Both the position numbers and the translations under genes were made by a program. From Octopus vulgaris (Eukaryota): a DNA stretch of 64,000 nucleotides. Shown in pieces: positions 12,827 to 28,040 of this stretch (position 1 is the first letter of the stretch; each line of letters opens with the position of its first letter). The notes under the pieces were generated by a model, which searched no databases, was not told where the DNA came from, and was given only the letters and a program-made list of their open reading frames with translations. Where the stretch lies: the NCBI GenBank assembly GCA_951406725.2, contig OX597819.1, positions 4,340,001-4,404,000 of the forward strand, read 5' to 3'.

Positions 12827-13870
12827 CAAATAAAGATATATTACAATCCATATAACACTAAGAGATTTTGATCACCCTATGAAAAAATAGTAGGAAAAGA
12901 ATATATATTATATCCTTAAAAATATATATATCAATGCCCATGAAAGAAAATCAAGAGAGACGAGAGGACGCTGAAAGCATTCTCTCTTGCCGTAGCTACA
13001 ACAACTGGGGAAAGGCGTGAAATACATTCCTCTTTGACAATCTCATGAACCGATTATGCCAGTGTCTTCTCATATCTCAACAGATTTTCTTTCATATAGA
13101 TAAATATTTTCCTTTAAGATGTAATATATAAGTTAAAATATGCATTCATATCTTCGTGGTGCATATGAATATTCCACGCTCATCAAAAATAAACAAACAA
13201 CTGTACTATGAATCACAGAATTGATTATAAATGTATTTATTCAATGAAACATAATACCTATACTGCTTTACAATTCCTTGTTTGTTTTTTTATATAAATT
13301 TTTGTCAATTTATTCATCTAAAATATTTAGTGGCAAGAGGCTTCTTCAAATTTAACTTGCCGTAACTTATGCGGTCAGCAGAGAATCAAAAGGGTTTCTA
13401 CTTGGTTGAGTTAACTATTATCTTTTGCTCGTGTTAAGATCAAAGAAGTCTTAATGCCATAAAATCTTGAAAGTTATCTGTTTGAATCGATAGTAATTCG
13501 AAGTGGTCCTACAAATAAAGTTAGCGAATTCTTACTATCGATTAATTTTTCCTCTTATTTTTTTGTTATTTTTGTTGCTGTTGCCGTTCTTGAATTTCTT
13601 TGTGGCAATCATTGAGCTACGATATTGTTGCTGTTGTTATTATCGCTATTGTTGCTTTGTTGTCTAGTCCCAGATCAATTATGACACATGACTTATGACC
13701 AAAGATAGTCCAACCATGACCTTTCCGATTATTTTCAAGCATAAATTACTCCGGCATACACTATGTTCTTTTCAAAGACGGTAAGATAGTGCTTGAAGAG
13801 GACTTTGCTGCTATTTCTTGCAGGTCAAGAGACCACGTAAAGACGTTTTGTTGGAAATATCAGTTGTTGT

Positions 13871-14306
13871 TAAGTCGGCGAGCTGGCAGGATTGTAAGCA
13901 TTACGTCCAAAATGCTTAGTGGCGTTTCGTCCGTCTTTATGTTCCGAGTTCAAATTCCGCTGAGGTCGACTTTGTTTTCATCCTTTCAGGGTCAATAAAA
14001 TAAGTACCATCGAACACTGGGATCAATATAATCGACTTATCACCTTCTCCGAAATTGGTGGCCTTGTGCCAAAATTTGAAACCAATATTTGTTAAGGCGG
14101 CGAGCTGGCAGAATCGTTATTGTACCAGGCAAAATGCTTAGCGGTATTCTGCCTGGCTTTATGTTCTGAGTTCAAATTCCGCTGAGGTTGGCTTTGCTTT
14201 TTCATCCTTTCGGAGTCGATAAAATAACTACCAGTTGAGCACTGGGGGCGATTAAACTGACTAGCCTCCATCTCCCGAACGTATTGGCCTTGTGCTGAAA
14301 TTTGAA
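13871..14306 (+). mobile_element. Two head-to-tail SINE B copies (13871-14087, 14094-14306)
   Basis: Each has a GGCGAGCTGGCAG head and ends GGCCTTGTGC...AAATTTGAAA. Confidence 0.85.
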
Positions 14307-15414
14307 AAAAACCTTAGTTGTTGGTGGTGCTGTTACTGCTGGGAATGACACTGTTATCACTCTTACTGATTTTTCGTCGAATGTATATACGAGCGACCAT
14401 TGAATATGAATAGATATCTTTGTGCCTTTACAACCATTTGAATGTGTTTATGTTGTCATGTGTTATATGTATGTAGACGTCTATTTCAATTATATGTAAC
14501 CATTCTATAAATAAACATGTCTCTACTATGTCTATGTATTCATAATGTGTGTGTGTGTGTTCTTAAAAAAAGATAAAAGTGTTCTAAATACACTTCAAGG
14601 GGAGTTTAAATATGATGCATGCATATATGTGAAATTTCGACGTAGAAAATCTTTAAGTTTAAAAAAAGTATGTATACGCTGGCGAGAGAGAGAAAATGTG
14701 TTTCGTTATATATACATTTAGTATGGAGTAATTGCTTGTGTATGAATAGTTACGCTTTTAATCTATGCGTGAGTGAGCGAGTGTGTTAGTATGTAGTGTT
14801 TTTGTGCGTCTATCATGTCATTAAATAAGCGAACTGAATTTAAAAGAAGCTATTTAATGCTTGATTAATTCCATTAGTTAATGTCGCCAGAAAAGTGTTC
14901 AAAATATTTCTTATTTATTTTACAAAATAAAAAAAAATATGAAAGAAAATGAAAACACAGTAGCAATAATACCGATGTTTTTGTTGGTAGCGTTGAACAT
15001 AAAATGGTGAAGACGAAGGCGGCGCGTTTCTTTTGATTATGATGCAAGGCAATTTTTTTTAATTAGAGGCGCGTGAATAGTTGCTTCGTTTGACCAGTGT
15101 ATTACAGGAACTGATTTGATGGAAGCTGGATATCATGAACTGCAAGGTCAACGAAGACGATATTCCGTCTCCAAATATATTTCTGCAAAAGTGTAGTTTT
15201 CTACCTTCTGCACCTGTCTACTTTCATAATGATATTTATTTCATCTAAGATAGAAAGCTAAATTCTCCACGGAGGCTGATGAGATTAACTGATCTTAACG
15301 TATGATAATTATTTTATCGACAAGATCTCGTTACGGAACGAAGTGGAATGAAATTAAATGTACGACAATATTTATTCCAGCATTACAATTTTATCAATAT
15401 TAATGGCTTCTACT

Positions 15415-15725
15415 TTATACACAAGGTTTTAAGAGCTGGGGTTAATCGATATCATCAACCCCAGCTTTTGCCTGGACATTTTTATTCTATCTGCCCCCAA
15501 ATGAATGAAAGGCAAAGTTTACCTCGGCAAGATTTGAACTGAGAACGTATAGCGTCAAATGCCGCATGGTACTTTTTTCCCCATAATTACATGCTGCAGC
15601 CACAAGGCCTGGAATATTAGGGATGGGGATTAGTCGATACCATCAACCGCTCTGCTTAACTGGTAAATTATTCTATTGGCCCCATGGATATGAAAGGCAA
15701 AATTGCTTTCTGTGGGATTTGAAAT
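15415..15725 (-). mobile_element. Two old SINE B remnants
   Basis: TGAAAGGCAAA...GATTTGAA motifs at ~15506 and ~15691. Confidence 0.6.
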
Positions 15726-16348
15726 ATGAACATATTAAGCCATAGGAACACTAATTCGCTGGCGAGTCGTTTGCTGTTGCGCAGTGTTTGTAATTTTTTT
15801 CAGCTCGTTTTGCGCCTGTTGTTTCTGCTCTTGTTATCGGTGTTTTTTGGTGTGTCTCTTGCTGATGTTTTAGCTCTTGTTCTTCGTGTTACTGTTGTTG
15901 ATTTGTCTCTATTTGTTGTGCATTTGTAGTTCGTTTTCTTGATAACATTGCTGATTGTACTTCTGCAATTATTGTTACTGCTATTGTTCTGGTTGCTGTA
16001 ATTTGATTGTGGTTTGTTCTCGGTGTGTCGGCTGGTTTGACTCTTCTTGGGCAGTTTAGCCCGGTGTTACCCTTATTTATTGTTTGGTAGAAGGGCATGG
16101 GGACCAAACCAGTAGATTCATCTGTACAAAGTTTATTCTTTATCGATAGTCTTTCTACAATACACCAGTTGGATGCGTTGGTATCGTTTGCCTTATCTAC
16201 ATCTGAAGGCTGGTAGGACGTGGAAGGAATGCAGGATTTTGTTTCGTTTGTAGGGTTTTTTTTATGTTACTGGTGTTGATATTGTCGTTGTTGTTCTTGT
16301 TTTAGTTATTCTTGCTGTTAGTGGCAGTTGATAATAATAATAATAATC

Positions 16349-16776
16349 TTTTCTACTCTAGGCACAAGCCCCGAAATTTTGGGGGAGGAGGCCAGTCGAT
16401 TATATCGATCCCAGTACGTAACTGGTACTTAATTTATCGACCCCGAAAATATGAAAAGCGAAGTTGACCTCGGCAGAATTTGAGCTCCGAACGTAAAAAC
16501 AGACGAAATACTGCTAAGCATTTCGCCCGGCGTGCTAACGTTTCTTATTCCTTTATTACTCACAAGGGGCTAAACACAGAGGGGACAAACAAGAACAGAC
16601 AAACGGATTAAGTCGATTATATCGACCCTAGTGCGTAACTGGTACTTATTTAATCGACCCCGAAAGGGTGAAAAGCAAAGTTTACCTCGGCGGAATTTGA
16701 ACTCAGAACGTAGCGGCAGACGAAATACCACTAAGCGTTTCGCCCGGTGTGCTAACGATTCTGCCAGCTCGCCACC

Positions 16777-16778
<2 letters not shown>
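16349..16778 (-). mobile_element. Two tandem SINE B copies with different 3' tails
   Basis: Reverse complement of family B; head ends TTCTGCCAGCTCGCCACCTTA beside (AAT)n. Confidence 0.85.
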
Positions 16779-16864
<86 letters not shown>

Positions 16865-16908
16865 GAAGAAGAAGAAGAAGAAAGAAGAAGAAGAAGAAGA
16901 AGAAGAAA
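16778..16908. repeat. (AAT)n + (AAG)n microsatellite
   Basis: Direct inspection. Confidence 0.95.
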
Positions 16909-16949
16909 TAATCTAATAAAAGAACGAATAAAGTTGAACTTGTCAAAAA

Positions 16950-17800
16950 GATACAGAATACACAGAGAAAATATATATAGAAATATGAAACAAATATTTA
17001 CACGATGAAGAAGAAATATAAGAAGCACTCGGTAAATAATAAAAAAAGAAAATGAAATGCAATTAAACATTGAATGCATGACCATCACTAAAAAAAGCAG
17101 TTCCAGAAAGAAAAAAGAAAAGAAAAATGTATGACTGAAGAAATACTATCAAAGAATGAAAGGAATAAAAACAAGAATTAAATCAAGATAGATATAGAAC
17201 ACCCAAATAAAGATATCTCTTCTGAATGTAGTAAGAGAAAAAACAAATAGTTGGACGATCAATGCCAAGAATTTGGAACATTTAATAACCAACAGATATC
17301 CAAAGAAATGCATGATAACATTATCGAGATCACTCAGCAAATGCATGCGAAAACAAAAGTGGAAAAATATTGTTTGATCACATGCAGATTGGATCAAGAT
17401 GGATTGAACAGGCACAACTCTACGATTATGGGAACAGGGCACCTATGCGCATTTTTAAAGCTGCCAATGGAACCAAAATCTCAAAAGACGTAAGAAAAGG
17501 GCAATAGAATCAATGAGATGGAAATGCAACTCAAGCAAAGATATCAGCCAAAGATTAAAATTAAATTGTTGTTACCGGGATCTAATAACACTCTCTTGTA
17601 ATGTAATATGAGGGTAGACATTTCAAGACTGTAGAGACTATACAGACTAACGAATTACGTATGACTAAAGAATTACGAAAATCATCCAATGAAGAATTAC
17701 ATATAAAGAACAATGAAGGGTAAGCTAATGCAAACTGATGGAGGCATATGAAGGAATATCTAAATAGGGATTATATATGAAAGACCTCGAGACATAAACC
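16950..17800 (+). mobile_element. Highly degraded RTE-clade LINE (APE-RT linker plus 3' remnants)
   Basis: Fragments read KKCMTEEILSK, SWTINAK/DDQCQEF, SKEMHDNIIEIT and GTKISKDV...AIESMR, typical of the RTE linker; many frameshifts. Confidence 0.5.
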
Positions 17801-20800
17801 AAGATGTTTACATATACTTTATATGTTTACGTATATTTGACAGACTAAAATGTAAATATGCTCGATGGTCTATTAGAACTTCGGATATGTCACTAAAACC
17901 TGGTGCATTCGGAGAATCCAGATAGTATCTCTCAAATTGGAACTGAATAGAGTACTCCTACATTTTACACAATCCAAACGTAAATCCTTCCGTTTCTGTC
18001 TGCCTTTTACTGTGTTTATCATCATATCCTGATGCTTTCGTTATTGCTATTTTGGTTGTTGATCTGGATTTTGTTGTTTCTTTTGTTGCTGTTGTGGTTT
18101 TTGGGGTTGGGATTTATCCTGTTTTTGCACTTGTTAGTCGTGTTGTGGAAGTGTTGAATGATAGATTGACTAGTTCTTAGGAGGATCGTCAACTCTTTCT
18201 ATTTTTCGTAATAGTACAACCAGCAATGAGCCTTTTCTTCTTTCGCCATTCATGGTGACGGCTTGAGTAGAGAAGGCTGGAGGAGGAAAGTAGATCAATG
18301 TGTGAAGTTTGATCATGTCAACGTTGTTTGCAATAATCCTGACCACCATCCTCGTTTTTTCTTTGTTCCGTCCACTTCAGCACCAGCCTTTGGGCAGGAG
18401 CGAGATGCATCAATCCTGACTATCATCTCGACACGTCTTTGGTCTATCAATAGAACATTCGTAGTTGTACAGAAAGACCAGGGCTTCCTCTAACTTTTCT
18501 TCTGTCAGCAAATGGAAAATGGAAAAATAAATCACAAAAGAAAGGGTTCATGCAAACACTGCATTAAAAATATTCTATTTGAAAAGTAATCCAACATTTT
18601 ATTGCTGAAATACAAAAAAAGTGAGTTAGTGGTTGGTAACTCAAAATAACTCTATGCATTTCCAACTTTGATACAAGTGAGAACTGTGTGTAGAGAGAAA
18701 ATCATTTGAATCGATTTCGATAACGTTTGGTAAGTAATTTATCTTCTAATCTGACTTGTTTTTCAGTAGTGTCCTTCCAAATAGTAAACATTATTTCTTC
18801 CATTATTAAGTTCATTTCTATCCAACAGTTTCGACATTTGCACTAATATGAAGGACAAACACTACTACCATTCGTCCTTGAGGTTAGTGTAGATGTTGAA
18901 CAAGTAGTCGAAAATGTTCTTAGTACCTATCACAACACCAGCAATTCAAGTCGATTTCTTTCCCGATTCTCAACCTTATTTTCAGTAATATTTTGATGCT
19001 TACATCGCCAGACATGGGGCAAACTGAAGCCGAGTACCATTCTGCGATGCATGCCATTCACATATATTTAATTCACTATATCATACTCATTGGATGCATA
19101 TAAAATAGTTGAGAGGGAAATATTAAAACAATGTGTACACATGTATCCAACCAGTGTTGATTAAAAAGCTTTATAAATTTCAGTTTTGCCGATTTTTCCT
19201 TTTTCGGAAAGTAGCAGGTTGACCGCTTTATCGTGGTCAGCAGCTTGGAAATGTTGCACCTTAGGAAAATATTGCATTTGCTGATGACCAACGACCTAAT
19301 GAGTAACAGATACCTTCCAGTCTTATTTCACGGTCTTCAGAAATGCAGGTAAAAGAACTAAAATATATCCTGAAAGTTTTTTTTGTTTTTTTTAACATAA
19401 TACTTCCACAAAACAACAGATTGAGAAAACTATAGCATCACTCGGTAACTGGCACCAGATTTAAACCAATTTTAAATAATTACATTTATACCAAACCAGA
19501 GAAGATATATATATATTTTTCTTTTTTGCAGGTGGTGGAGTATTTTATCGACTTCGGAATGATGAATGAGAAACATGATCTTTGTAACATTTTAAGCACA
19601 GAAGAGTAAATATAAAACTAAAATAATAGAAAATAATATCCAGCATAGATATTTTATCTCTCGTTCAGCTTGCTCCCATTTTTTTTTTTCGTGAAATGTC
19701 GCTAGTAAACAGACAGAAATGTATGTCGTGTGTATACGTGTGAACATGTGTGCTTTTGTATTTAAAAAGAAAAAGATATAGTACTTTTGACAGAGAACTA
19801 AATTTAATACCGTACAAGAGGTGTATTGAAGAAGTTATTGATAACGTATGTGCGCGCGCGGAAAACTGTACGTACATCTCGCAAGGTTTGTTTTACTGTC
19901 TGCTGAAAACCAAATAATAGGAATGTAGAATAACGACTGTATCTTCTGGCTCTGAAGAGAGAGAGAGACAAAGTGACATTTAATCATGCAAAGCAGAAGG
20001 GATGTACTGAATTTCTGACATGGACAAAAAATAACTGAATTAATAAAATAACCAGAATATTCTGTGAGCAGAGAAAGAATGCAGTGTAGATGTGTACAAG
20101 CTTCAGCATTTCTTCATATTCATTGTTAGTGTGGGTGCGTGCATAAGCGTGTGTGTGTGTGTGTGTGTGGTGGCGGTGAATCTCGCGCGCAAAGGAAATT
20201 GTTACAATCAGTCGGAAACTAAGGCTGAGTGCTGGCGTGGCTTTTATTACTAGGAATAGATTCTTGGGGCGGGAAAGGAGTTATTTTAATACAATTATTG
20301 CTACTTGTTCTTTTTACTCCTGCAAGCGTGGAAGAAAGCTTAAATAAAAAAAAATGAACACATTACGACAGTGACACATGCAATGAGGTAGGAAGCAATG
20401 TCGAAAATGACTGCAAATGAAGCCTATAAATGTTGGCTTCGAAATACGTGATGAGGGAGGTTGAGGTGATTCCTTCGGGGCAGTATCGAAATAGGATTCT
20501 TGGTTACGTGTCGGGGCTATAGAAACCATTTTTGAATTGAACATCTTTATGACTACAACACACTACCTTTCTAACTCCCCGTGAAAATAGTTTAATCTAA
20601 CGGACATACACTACAAGACAAATGTTGGTGATTTAGGAATATTGTTCCTATCTAAAAGTTGCATGAAATTTAATACAAAAATACGTAATTGCTTTCTCAA
20701 TCATTAGCATTTTGTAATGAATTCTTAGATTAAAAGGAAAAGATAAAGCGAGTTTCAATAAGAAATTAAACTTGCAGTTAGTCAATTAGATTTTGTTGGT

Positions 20801-21071
20801 AGTAAATTAGATTACAAGTAGTGAAAATAAGACCTAATCGGGGCTCATTTTAAATCTTACAAGAAATATTGTGATAGTAAGTTTTCTTGTTATAAATGAC
20901 GAGATTTTTATATTCTTATCTTCATATCATTATCCCAACGTAATAATTTATCTTGATGAAAAACATGTTACACCATTTTATTACATAGTTAAAATAGTAA
21001 ATCTGTAATACGAACGATGTTCATAAGTAAAACCATCGACAAACATTTACTATGAATATTAAACATTCGAA

Positions 21072-21483
21072 TAAGGCAGCGAAATGGCAGAATCGTTAGC
21101 GCGCCGGACAAAATGCTTAGCGTTATTTCGTCCGTCTTTACAGTTTGAGTTAAAATTCCGCCGAAGTCGACATTACCCTTTATCCTTTCGGGGTCGAGGA
21201 AATAATTAGCAGTTAAGCACTGGAATCGATGCAATTGTCATATCCTCTCCCACCAAATTATTAGCCTTGTTTCAAAATTTGAAACCAGCATTATACTTAG
21301 TGGCAATGCTTAGTGGCACTCCGTCAGATTTTACGTTCTGAGTTCTGCCGAGGTCGACTTTACATTTCATCATTCCCGGGTCGATAAAATAAGTAACAGT
21401 TAAGTACTGAAGTAGATGTAATCGACTTACCTCCTTTCCCTTCCCTGAACTTGCGTGCCTTGTGCCAAAATTTGAAACCAATA
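21072..21483 (+). mobile_element. Two head-to-tail SINE B copies
   Basis: TAAGGCAGCGAAATGGCAGAATCGTTAGC head; the second copy is 5'-truncated. Confidence 0.85.
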
Positions 21484-22681
21484 TTATACATTCCAGAAAT
21501 GAGCAGTGAAATGACAGACTTGGTCAAGATCATGATATTTAGTTTCATTTATTTTTATTCAAATCTTTATTGTGAACGGCTTTGTTTTTCTTTTATAGTG
21601 GTCCATAAAATAAGTACCAGTAATTTGCTGGAACTGAATATATTGATTATACCTGACCCACGTAATATTAAAAATAATTGTAAGAGCAACGTGACAACAC
21701 TACATCATTTCAGAAACAAACGGCATTCCACTACAAGATTCGTTTACTCTACATCAAAGGAAAAGAACTGCTTTAAAAGTAAAACTTCTGAATAGATTAT
21801 GCCGTAACTATTTCCAGATAAAAAGAGCACGAGAGGAACCTCAAAGAGATTCTTTGAATATCTTCCATCGTTCAACGATATTTTCTTCATCTTTGGGGAT
21901 GCTAATTGCGTGAAATTCTAATGATGATCCTCTTCCTTCCTTCATGTAATCGCCATCCTTATCATCATAAGAATCAGAAAAGTGATTATTTCATCTTGAT
22001 CTTGTTAAAGATCACAATAATCAAACTAATAAATGTCACGATAGTCATAAGATAATAAAGAGATCGATGGTAACAAAGATAACAATAATGATGATAATCC
22101 TGATTATGTTTATAAAACTTTTGATCATTAATATCGTTAAAAATCAACACTGCTGAATATTTGGTGCAATATTGAAGTACAAGAAAGTATAAATGATCAT
22201 TAAAATGATGGGACACAATACTGGTGTCTGTAAGTGAGAGCGATAAGCAAGATTTGATTATATTTTATTACAGGGGAGGTAGATCTGATTCCGATATTTA
22301 ATAGATGAATCAGGCAATCAAAGGAGGTTTCTAGAAAAAATAGGAAGAAACCAACGACACGATTTGAACTCATAAGAAGGTACATCAGTGTCTATCCAAT
22401 TAGCCACATTGTCTATATACTGATGTTTATTATTGCCAGTTTTCATTAACAAGAATGAAATAATTGTATTAAATAAAAATGTTAAAGAAATAATGAACCG
22501 GTTTCTGTATTTCGTTTCGAAATATTTTAACGTCATTTCAAGAGAAATAACTTTAGTGTTTATATTTTGTGTTTGATTTCGTTATGTTTTAATACATGTC
22601 TGAAGAATTTGTTAATAATTAGCGAAACGAAATGCTTGAATGTCACATTCCCAGACATATAAGAAGGCGAACAAATTAACC

Positions 22682-23600
<919 letters not shown>

Positions 23601-23944
23601 TGAAAAAATACAGTGTCGGTGAACCGAATTTTAACCTGTTTACATGACTGATGAATCTTTAATGCACATTTCTTGCTAAGATGGATCAATCAAGAGGGTT
23701 TATAACTCATAAATAGGCTTCTCTAATTAATTATTTTATGCCTTTCATAATCTACATAGAGCGCCGGATTAAATGTCATGTGGTATTTAGTTACGTGTCT
23801 TAACCAAGGTTGACATTTGTGCTTCTCTAACCGTTAAAATACTCACCATTATGTAATGTGAGCAAATCAATCGATTCTTCCCTCACCCCTGCATACAAAC
23901 TTAACTTTGAGCCAAAGTAAGAAATTATCATCATAATAAACGAA

Positions 23945-24416
23945 AAGGCAACGACTTGGCAGAATCGTTAGCACGCCGAGGAAAATGCTTAAAAGTATTT
24001 CGTCCTTCTTTACACTTTGAGTTCAAATTTTACCGAGGTCGAATTTGTCTTTCATCCTTTCGATGTCGGTGAAATAAGTACTAGTTAAGTACTGGAGTCG
24101 ATGTAATTGACTAGCCACTTTACCCAAAATTTCAAGTCTTGTGCCTATTGCAGAAAGGATTATTATGATAAACAATCACTAGATCAATAATTTAGTAAAA
24201 TTATAATACTTTCTACTGCAGACACAAAGCCTGAGATTTTGGGGGAAATGCTTGATAATCGTTCATATCGACCCCGGCGCTCCACTAGTATTTCATTTCA
24301 TCGACTAAGTAAGGAAAAGTTGCTCTGGGTGGAATTTGGAGTCAGAACATAAAGACGGGCGACATGCTGCAAAGCGATTAGTCCGGTGCGGTAACGATTT
24401 TGCCTACACGCCGACC
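23945..24416. mobile_element. Tail-to-tail SINE B pair (+ 23945-24160; - 24210-24416)
   Basis: Family B motifs in opposite orientations. Confidence 0.75.
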
Positions 24417-25243
24417 TAATATTGTAAGAAAAAAATATTATAGCCATTCTTTTCCCCAAGATCTGTATTCAGCATCATTTGAACTTCTATTCATTTTCTT
24501 TGCTCATCCTAAAGATTGTCGTAAATTCTTAGGTTTATTGATTAGTTAGAAGAGAAGTGCAATGTTCTTGACTTTTCATGAGGCTTCTGATATTTGTGGG
24601 AGATGAGTATTCTCAAACCAGAGATCTGGCTCAAATGCTTACAAGTGAGCGGACTTTGCCAATATCCCTATCCACAAAGGATCAAGTCTTCTTGTTGAAC
24701 CGGGCGGCAGATTAAGTCTGACACTAAAGCAAGTCACAGCGACGCTTGAACTCAGAATACAAAGAACCGTAACAGATACCGCAAGGCTGGAACAATTCCA
24801 TCAGCCTTACCATCATAGACTGGTAGTTATTTATTAGCTCCATATGGACCAAAGGCAAAGTTGATATCAGTGGGATATCAACTCATATTCCAAGAAGCCA
24901 GAATTTAATTCCGCAAAGCATAGCATCCAATGCTCACTTCACTGCCATTTCACCACCTACATTAAACATGTAACCATCAATCAATTATGGCCACAATACA
25001 TTATAGTATGGACACCGCAAAAACCATTTGATTTTTCTTTTTATATATTGTTTCTGTTTTTCTCGACTATCCTGTAAGGGGTTAACTGCTACCTCATTAT
25101 CTTTAGGCGTTATCTTTATGAAGCGAATGTTGTTATGTATCATTATTTATTATTATCATTTTTATTGCTACTATGGTTGTTGTATAATGTATTCAAATAA
25201 TTTAGATTTTACGATAATAATGTGCATCTTAGAAGATCACATC

Positions 25244-25309
<66 letters not shown>

Positions 25310-25867
25310 GTCTATGCGTATAATATATATATATATATATGCGTGTGTGTGTATGTTTTAACATACATATATACATGTATAAACGCTTTTGTGTGTTGAC
25401 ATGTGTCGTTTTAGAGGAAATATATACATATATACATATTTACATAAAAACAATACATATACCTACAGAGAAAGATGAGAAAAAGAGAAGAGAGAGAAGA
25501 GATAGAAAGAATGTGTGAGAGCGAAGAGGGAGTAAGATTTTATGTGTGTTTCGAGACACAGGAAGAAACAAATAGAAAAATGTGTTCGTGTGCATGTCGA
25601 ATGAAATAAAGAGATGAATCTACGGAAGGAAAAACGTTTCGGTACGAAAGTAATTTATTGTGAAAACTTAATAGGCTACGGTTCTATAGGTTCCGCTAAA
25701 AATCACTTCAAGCTAAAATATATTGACTTATTTATATTAAAAATAACGTTTTCCGAAAAGAAAAAAAAATGTTACTCAGAAGATAATGTAAAATACTTCT
25801 AGCAGAAGGATTGACAAAACTGAAGAGTTTGGCATACTTTCAAAGCAGAAAAAAATAAAAACTGTTC

Positions 25868-25946
<79 letters not shown>

Positions 25947-26230
25947 GGACAACAAGTCGGAAAGGAAATAAGTATGTAACAGACCTAAGAACTATCTTTC
26001 TGTCAATATTTATCTAATTTTCAATCTATCTATTATGATAAATGTGGTTATAAATTTATATGTTCCTAAATACAATCATATATACAGACAGGTACATAGA
26101 CAGATATATATATATAGAGAGAGAGAGAGATAGATAGATAGATAGATAGGTAGAGAAAGTGATACACACACATATGTATGTATATGTATATATATGTAGA
26201 TATATATATATATCTCTATATATATGTATA

Positions 26231-26285
<55 letters not shown>

Positions 26286-27213
26286 GTATATGTATATGTC
26301 TGTCTGTATGTATATGTGCATATATAATGCACACATACACATGCACATACATACATGTTTAGAGGATATGTGTTTATGCTTATTCAGTAAAGAAAGTACT
26401 AGTTCGTATTTTCTAAGTAAGTTACAAACAAAATACATTACTCAAAACATGGTGAACAGAGTTAAAATAATAATTTAATGAATGCTTACTGGTTGCAAAC
26501 TATTTCGTTCTTGACTGAATTTTCAAAGCACTGAAGTAAAGACAAGTGATTTATTTATTTCGTATGCATAGGAAAAATAGAGAGAGAGAGATGGGAAGGA
26601 AGAGAAAGAGAGAGAGAGAAGAGAGAGAGAGAAGGAGGGAGACGAAACGTCAGTTAAAGGATAAGTAAGCAGAGTTAAAGACTTATAGGAAACAGTTGCA
26701 TTCTAGTTTTGAAGAGTGTGAATAAAATAAATTTAGAAAGTAAGATTATAAAACACCAAAATGTTAGAAATACGAGTTTAAAAAATAACTAACGGTTGCG
26801 GTAAATTGTTGTGGCTCTAACGAATTGGTGAATTGCAGTGAACTGGTGAATCAAAAAACGTTTGCCTGTCATTGGTTTAGGCAGCATCCCGAAACCGGCT
26901 TCATGTAAGGTAGTTTTTCCACAGACCGGGGAATAATACACGTAACAGAACACAATTAAGTCCGTAATATATGATTTAATTGTTACATATAAAATTGTAT
27001 ATATATTATATAAAACAACGCATATATAATTGTATATATAAGACATATATAATTGTATATATATCATATATTCAACACATATATAATGCAAAACACACTC
27101 AGCAGACCCCTGAGCTAAAGGAAATAACTAGATTACTCGGTTAAAATCGATAACTGTTGTTAAGCGTGGAAAATTTGAAGCTAAAATGTATTGAGTTAAA
27201 CTATTTATCTATA

Positions 27214-28040
27214 TACAAATGTCGGCTGAAAAGATCATAGCCTGAACAAGGTACTATGGTGGAATATAGTCAAATGAGACTTAGTTTTCCTCATAGCCCC
27301 CGCTTGCGGTCCACACAGATCTTCCATGGGTGTTGCAGGGCTTGGATCTCATTGATGAAGAAGCTTTCATTTTGTTGATCAAATACGTTATCAACAGCAG
27401 ATACGATGTCATCAACACTGCGATACTGGTTCCCAATCAAGTGTTTTTTCATATTAGACAACAGATGATATTCAGATGGGGGAAAATCAAGGTTATAGGG
27501 CGAGTGATCAACCAGTTGAAAGTCACAGTCACGCACACCCCTTTCGTTAGTTTTCCTGGGCGTTTGGTCTTCACAGCCTTTCGTAACTGCCTCAGTAAGT
27601 TGACATAGTACTCTCCCTTGATGGTGTGGCCCTTTTGAAAATAGTTAATAAATAGAATGACTTTTGCATCCCCAAAATCTGAGGCCATCACCTTCCCTGC
27701 AGATGAAACGACATTGGCCTGCGTTGGAGCAGGTGAGATGTTTCCACTGCATTGATTGTCTTTTTATCTCTGGCTCAAAGTGGTGAACCCAAAACTCATC
27801 CTGCTTGAGGAAACGCACAACAACCAATTGGATCTGCCTCGAACAATATCATAGTTTCCCCGTGATGTGCTTATCCTGGTGCACTTTTGATCAGGTCTTA
27901 GAAGACGAGGCCCCCACCGAGCAGAAGCCTTCGTCATGCTAAGTTCAATGTGAAGAATATTCTCAACTTTCTCGCAGGATCTTCTAATAGCATTGGCTAT
28001 TTGATTTATTGGCAATCGCTTGTTATCTTTGTTTACTATA
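27214..28040 (-). mobile_element. Degraded mariner transposase copy
   Basis: Frameshifted pieces KASARWGPRLL, DEFWVHHFEPEIKRQSMQW, GKVMAS, HSPYNLDFPPSEYHL, WKICVD; TIR-like TACAAATGTCGGCTGAAAAG at ~27214. Confidence 0.9.

Noticed and set aside
15889-16265. ~125-codon open frame on the minus strand
   Set aside because: Low-complexity T/N/Q-rich, no clear splice acceptor or domain
22485-22660. CTGAAGA...GAAAC (+) and GAAACCGGTT (-) motifs
   Set aside because: Could not build stems I-III convincingly
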